Source of the DNA: Eledone cirrhosa
Lineage: Eukaryota
Assembly: GCA_964016885.1 (NCBI GenBank)
Contig: CAXHJY010001289.1
Coordinates: forward strand, 1 to 64,000
Direction of reading: 5' to 3'
DNA: 64,000 nt
Shown here: one piece after another, positions 57,226 through 64,000 of the stretch
Layout of the letters: every line of letters starts with the position of its first letter
Position numbering within the stretch: position 1 is the stretch's first letter
The notes under the pieces: model-generated
What the model saw: the letters and a program-made list of their open reading frames with translations, nothing else
The model's database searches: none
Told to the model about the DNA's origin: nothing
Made by a program: the position numbers and the translations under genes

Positions 57226-58545
57226 TCATGCAAATATGACATTTCTTACCAGCCTCGCTAAATTTAATATTCCAGACATCACTACTTTATTGAGGTAAAT
57301 CGAAACAAGACCCTTTGTGATATCTCTTTTAATGTTCTCATGTTGTACCCGATATGTCTCGAAAACAATTTTACCTTCACAGACCATCTTTCTCCATCTA
57401 CCTCGAGCAAACGCTTCAGATTCCCATGATGCTAGTTCGTCGTATAAGAGAGTTCTTATAACTCTTCCTGGGCTTTTGAGGTGCTCGCTCTCCACTGGCC
57501 ATTTCTCCATACAGCATCCATTTGGGAGGCCAGCTGTTATACATGTGCACCATCTGACTACACTATCTCAGCATGTTTTTAAAACCAGAGATCGATGCTT
57601 TCACAAGAAACTCGATGTCACTCATTTGTTTTCTCTCCAGTCAATTCCAGCAATCCATCTGAAACTGATTTCCTGAAACCTTCCAAGATGTTTGTAGTTA
57701 TAGTGATGCCTGTAAGTTACAAATGTTTCACATGCATGCAGAGATGATGTGAAAACACATGCATTGTACACTTTTAATTCCGTCTGAAGTAAGGTCCTAT
57801 GTTGTGACCGTAAACACGCCTCAAGCTTTCCAAAACATGACTTTCTCTGAATCCTGGATTTAATTCATCATTCAGGCTACAAGACATGGTCACGATGTTT
57901 CGAATGTAAACAGAATGTTCTACTAAAACATACACAAACATATTAGCCTCTCTATATTGTTTTTAAGGCGCAAATTGCAGTATGAACACGGTTTTCTTGA
58001 GACGTATTGTCAGCTCCAAGGCTCTGTAAACCTTCTCAAGAGCATCCATTAGGTGTTGCATAGCCTACTATGTGTGAGTCACAATGCCACATCGCTCGAC
58101 ATAGAATAAATCCCTCACCAATATCAAAAACACATTTGTCTGCCTTAAAAGGTCTGATATTGAAGATATTTCTAGTTGTTTGATAGCGGGAATAAACACC
58201 ATATTCACAGTCCCTGAAAACCAGTTGAAATACAATTACGAAGTACAATGCAAAGAGTGAACGACCAAGAATATCTCTTTGCTTCACTCCATTTCTGAAA
58301 TTTCTGAGTTCAAATAATTTCCACCGATATCTATACTGTCATAAAATCCTTTCAAAATACTTCAGGGCGACCAAGGGTCCCACATTTCTCCACATAACTC
58401 CTCTTTTCACCGTGTCAAAATCCTTAGTGAGAGCAACAAAGATTTGGTACAAATCTGTACATTGTTCTAAGCACTTCTTTTGCAATTTGCGTAAGCAACC
58501 GAGCCAACAAAACCTTCGCAACCATAGAGAGCAAAGGTATGCCTC
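57226..58545 (-). pseudogene. Heavily decayed RTE-clade LINE RT
   Basis: YRGIPLLSMVAKVLLARL, KKCLEQ..LYQIFVALTKDFDTV, GMKQRDIL..LFALYF, WESEAFARGRWRKMV.EG. Confidence 0.8.
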
Positions 58546-58626
58546 GATAGACAGACGTAAACATATAAATACATATATACATATATATATCCACACACCC
58601 ACACACACACATATATATATATGTAT

Positions 58627-59744
58627 TATTGAGCACTTTTATTCGATATGTGTATTTCCACATTTTTTCGAATAGTTTTCGCGGATGTAGAGGTTATCTC
58701 CCTTGCCGAATTCCATGTGCGTATTTTGCCTGGGTCTTAGCCATCTTATCCGTTCGGACGAAAGCTCGTTGAAGAAGTAAATTTCCAGTCCGCTGAATTC
58801 TAGAAGTCTTATATATTTATATGTGAGCTGATAGAGTACAGTTTAAGGATTTACAGAAACCCAAGAACCTAGATTTAACACCTTTCTAGTGGGTCCGGGT
58901 ATGATTTTACATTCATTTAAATTTATTAATTTATTGATATTTTTTATCTGATTGTCCTGAATCTTCTGTTATCGATTTTTTATCGTGCGGTTGATTTTAG
59001 ACTTGTTCTATGTGTGACGGTATTTTAACGATAGTTATAGCTCTGATTTATCTGAATTATTGAGCCCTCTGCCGCTCATTTCGAATTTTGTTTATCGTGA
59101 ACTCGTGCGCCGATTTTTCGATACTCGATCATTCTAATATTTTTAGCTCTGGACATAGCTATCCACCAGTTAATTTTATTGTTGATTTTTTGTCGATTCT
59201 ATTGAGTGATGAATAGCTCCTGTTTTATTTTAACATGTCTATTGAGCACTTTTATTCGATATGTGTATTTCCACATTTTTTCGAATAGTTTTTGCGGATG
59301 TAGAGGTTATCTCCCTTGCCGAATTCCATGTGCATATTTTGCCTGGGTCTTAGCCATCTTATCCGTTCGGACGAAAGCTCGTTGAAGAAGTAAATTTCCA
59401 GTCCGCTGAATTCTAGAAGTCTTATATATTTATATGTGAGCTGATAGAGTACAGTTTAAGGATTTACAGAAACCCAAGAAGCTAGATTTAACACCTTTCT
59501 AGTGGGTCCAGGTATGATTTTACATTCATTTAAATTTATTAATTTATTGATATTTTTTATCTGATTGTCCCGAATCTTCTGTTATCGATTTTTTACCGTG
59601 CGGTTGATTTTAGACTTGTTCTATGTGTGACGGTATTTTAACGATAGTTATAGCTCTGATTTATCTGAATTATTGAGCCCTCTGCCGCTCATTTCGAATT
59701 TTGTTTATCGTGAACTCGTGCGCCGATTTTTCGATACTCGATCA

Positions 59745-59752
<8 letters not shown>
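58627..59752 (+). repeat. 613-bp tandem repeat (~1.8 units) between (AT)n tracts
   Basis: tattgagcacttttattcg recurs at 58627 and 59240; near-identical units; partial HHR architecture. Confidence 0.9.
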
Positions 59753-59799
<47 letters not shown>

Positions 59800-61089
59800 G
59801 ATATATATAAAGTATATATTTAAATAAATGTATATATATGTATATATGTGTGTATGTATGTGTGTGTGTTTGTGTATTAGTGTATTATTCAGAATTTATG
59901 ATAATAATATATTTTAAATTTATTAACGTCATTAATTTAGCATGGTAAAACATTTCACTTCGCAATCGTTAGGTCCCAGGCTCGATCTCTCTACATGGCA
60001 TCTTAGACAAGTGTCATTTATCATACTCGTGTGTTTATCCATGCTTTGTAAGTAAAACAGGATGGACTGCATCTCTTTGTGAGACCGTCGGATGGATTGT
60101 ACTTGTAATTCAAAAGTCAACATTATTACGCTCAATACCCTGCAATGCAACATATATTCCATTAATAAAAAAAGAATTGTAATGCTCATTGTTGAGAGTG
60201 AGGCGTGTTCATTTCATTCCATTAATCTGTCAGGAAAATTTAGCTCTAGTATTTATTAACACATTTCTTATAACATATATCTTTATGCCAGTTGTAGCCA
60301 TATGTGATTTCATATTTTAAAATGTGTGTCTGGTTTTATTTATCATAGTTTATGTATCATGTGACAATGTATCTCGAGTATGTAATGGGGAATCTTTCAT
60401 ATAACTATACCTTAGCCTTCATATATTAAATTACTAAACATCTTTTGAGAAATATTTTCTTCGATTGGAATTCTTTACGAAAAATATATTCCCTAAATAT
60501 ATGTCTCTCTAATGAGGTATATTCAGGCTATTGTATTTAATAGTTAGGCGTAATACTAAAATATATAAGAGAGGAAAATAATACTATTATATCTTTACCA
60601 TGCGCCATCATTGAAATGGAAAGCATTTGTCTAATATTTGGTGAATTGAAAAGAAGAAATGGTTTCTCGAAGGTAGAGATATAGAGATAAACAGAAGAGA
60701 GAGGGAGAGAGAGAGACGTAAAACAGCAGATTGTTATACATTTCTATCAGTCAAATAATATTCTGATGAGAATATCCCATCGAAAGTATAGGATCTCCGT
60801 CAATTCCAGCGACGTTTACAGTTTGCTAGTGAACGTAACGTGCAAATAATCGACTATTTTATAGATAGGTGCAACTAAAGTGGAGTGGAGCAAGGTGAAA
60901 TAGATATTTTGCTCAAGTACATGGGCTAACCTGTCTTTGAACCGAACTTTTACGATCTCAACCACATCAAAGAAATATTCCACAGAAAAATTATTGAACG
61001 TATCATATAAATAGGTTTTCGTCAGTAAGTGTTGGTTTTATTGGCTTGGTGAATTCGTTACGTCGTTAGAACGTCGCGGAAAGTTTCGT

Positions 61090-61670
61090 GTTATTTTCCT
61101 GACTCACACTCTCCTCATTCATCTACTGTTTTTCTCGCTCACTTTCCCACGCTCCCCCTTTTTTCCCCCTTTTCCCCGCTTTACCTCTTCTTCAAGCTAT
61201 TATTTCTCCTCTCTCTTCTTCCACTTTCCCAATATTTCACACTCGTTCCTCCGCATCTTCTCTTTGTTCTCCTTGCTCGGGTTGCTCACTGAGCTCTCTA
61301 TACACACTATCCCCTCCTGCTCAACTTGCTCTCATCTTTGCTCTCCTTTCTCTCTTTTCCCTCCTTGCTCAATTTGTTTTCCTTTCTCTCCTTGCTCTCG
61401 TAGCTCCCTTTGCTCTTCTTACTTTCTCTCTCTTTTTGCGAGAAAGTAATAAGTGCTAGGAGTGTCTTGAGCAGATCAAAAAGAGATAGGAGAGCAAGGA
61501 ATGCATCGCAAGCAAGGAGGAGAACAAAGAGAGCTAGGACTGTAAGGAGAGAAGGGAGAGCCTGGAAAATAAGTATAGCAGGGAATATTAGGAGAGGTAG
61601 AAAGCAGAGCAAGGAGAATTGACAGAGCAAAGAGAGTAATGACCTCAACACTGAGAGCAAGCGGAGCATG
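61090..61670. repeat. Pyrimidine-rich then purine-rich low-complexity block with loosely inverted motif
   Basis: ctccttgctc motifs left of ~61440, gagcaagga(g) motifs right of it. Confidence 0.6.
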
Positions 61671-62594
61671 TCTCTATCTTTGCGAAACCTCGTTCAAGAC
61701 CATTATGCTTTAAATGCTTCTGTGATCAATAATTAAAATACCAATCTATTTCTGACATCGATCCGGCCATCTCCCTCTCTTTCTCTGTTCTGATTTTATT
61801 TCTCTGGAAGAAGTAGGTTGTATTTAGGCGTGGGACGAATAGTGTCCACCGTTTTTATACGCTCAAAACAGTGCCCCTGAATTAAAGGCCAATGTATACC
61901 CTGCAACTGAAAAACCGATGAATGTAATGCGTGGTATGTTATTTACATGCAGTAGTTTAAGTTAAATGTTAAATCTATATAAAATATAAATGCTGCCGAG
62001 AACTGAACTCCTTATTCTGGTTGTAATTGTGGTTTTTGTCCACATAATCATATGAATGGTTTTGTAAAGGACTATTCTCTCTGCGTCTGAAACCAAAGTG
62101 GTCTACACAAATTGGAACGTTAATTGCCTCCGTGTAATTGTTATTTATCCATAGATGCTATTATGGATATCTGAATTCATGGAAAATGCAAGTTGTCACG
62201 AGCTCGACGTTCATATAAACACTGCACATAACTATAGAGGAGATGATTTCAGGAGGCCGTTTCACAGATAGACTGTATATAAGGAATGTAATCAGCGTAA
62301 TTTACTTGAAACACATGCATAATATACTCAGAAACTTGACATATTGAAATAATGTTTAGAAGGAAGTGGATTGGACTGCCATCAATTTCGACGATATGTG
62401 TTCCAATTGACGATATGTGCGCCAGGCGACATTCTGCTAATGAAGTAAACGTCTAGGTGATTGAGCATTATACAAACGCGTGTATTCTTAATGTAATCAT
62501 GAGGTAGATTCAGCGTGACAGAATGTATGTTGAATTGTATCATGTATTATAACTGTTTCTACATTTGGACCAAGGCTAGCAATTATCCCAATGC

Positions 62595-62740
62595 ATTACT
62601 GGAGCTTTATTTGATCAACCCCATAAAGATGAAAGGCAAAATTAACCTCAGCAGGGTTTGAACGTAGAAGGGCATAACTCTATGCTGCAAAGCATAGTGC
62701 CTGACACTCTGCCGATACGCTCTGTCAATCCACTGCCCTC
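62595..62740 (-). mobile_element. Decayed SINE
   Basis: gatcaacccc..aagatgaaaggcaaaattaacctcagcagggtttgaac resembles the common octopus SINE as I recall it; not verified by search. Confidence 0.55.
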
Positions 62741-64000
62741 ACCATGTGTTATAATGTAAGCTGATGAGAATTCCACAGATACCCACATCTTTAATTTAAT
62801 TCTTTCTTTCAGCGACATAGCTCGACCTACAAATTACATGTACCGCATCAAATGGGCTTTGAAACGGTTTCCATCTAATCAGTTTCATTCATAAATTTGG
62901 GTTGTTCCGAGGAGATGTTGGATAAATGATATGTCAACAAGATATCACAGAGTTGGCTCGAAACCACAATTGCGAATCTAATTTCTTAATAATTTGTTTA
63001 TGCTTTGTTTATATTTATAACAAATAGCGAGATATTTAAGGAAACTAATCCAAAAGTGTATGTGATACGTAAGATGAAGTGTAGATGAGATAGATCATTG
63101 CAAGCATGAAGGAGCGAAACAGAATCCTCTCCTCCCGCATGAATGAGCCCTTCAAATTGGACTAAATATTTCAGCACATATTCTTTGCAATCCTACAGGG
63201 TAAAGACCTTTCAATAATGTACATCAGCAGAGATTTTCTACTTCAGAAAGACAGAACCAGTGAATGAAAGAAGATAACAGACTTTCATTGGTTGATTCAT
63301 TCTCTCATCTTTAGACACTTCATACATAGCAATATATTGAAATATTTTCTCATATATATAAACATAAATTGGTATGTTATTTAAAAGACTGTAGTTATTA
63401 ATGTTAATTGGTAACGGAGTAGAATGTGACAAAGCAATAAACATTCAAGGATAATAAAGAATAAAATATACTTCCGACACGCCAAATAATCTATCCTGTA
63501 TTACATAACACAATCAACAAAATACCGATGCACACATCATTATTAACCGGAAGATACAACTATTACAAACCCGAACAACGAAAAACGTACACAAAATGCA
63601 CAATACATTCAAAGAAAATTGTTTAAATCTTCTTTTTTTTAAATACTATTTAGCAGTGCTAAATTAGCAACAGTCAAAAAATGTTGTCACTCTCACTGCA
63701 AAACTTGCCTGAGACCTAATTGAAGATACGCGGCATGAATTTAAATAAAGACAAATATTTATTCTAGACATTCTTTTTACACAATCGTCAAAAACATAAT
63801 ATATTCTGTTAAACATAACGTTTATCATGTTCATCTGGCGGCCTCAGCCGTAATCAACTCAACAATTATTACTGACTGCTTGTGGTCTCCAAAGCACTAG
63901 TGGGCATATAGCAGCAGAGGTGGTACGATGACAGTCACCAGCAAATCTCATTCTCCTTTTACGTACAACGAAAGATATGCAGACCGGCATATATTTCTTT

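Noticed and set aside
60757-60795. CTGATGA...GAAA at hammerhead-like spacing
   Set aside because: Stem II is only ~2 bp and there is no convincing stem I or III
62761-62800. Isolated CTGATGA (also at ~57098)
   Set aside because: No downstream GAAA and stems in register

Overview
AT-rich eukaryotic (animal) DNA with no host protein-coding gene I can support. The abundant interrupted (AT)n tracts and the SINE remnants suggest an octopus/cephalopod genome (inference). Two systems dominate. (1) At 31.4-49.4 kb there is a head-to-tail stack of four L1/Tx1-clade non-LTR retrotransposons: two nearly identical full-length copies with intact ORF1 (CCHC knuckle) and ORF2 (APE-RT-zinc finger), one 3' fragment and one frameshifted older copy. 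Most junctions are (ATCT)n, which points to a GATA/TATC-microsatellite-targeting LINE, and the 3' UTR hairpins covary between subfamilies. (2) Scattered among the (AT)n tracts are more than a dozen type I hammerhead ribozyme (HHR) motifs from several unrelated families. They lie in Penelope-like element (PLE) terminal repeats and in non-coding tandem repeats of 465, 594 and 613 bp (retrozyme-like). Several show compensatory base changes, three families use the U3:A8 core variant, and many insertions are foldbacks whose turning point lies at or inside the ribozyme. Decayed PLE (RT/GIY-YIG), CR1, RTE and SINE fragments complete the window. All structures were folded by eye and coordinates were read by hand, so expect errors of a few bp.
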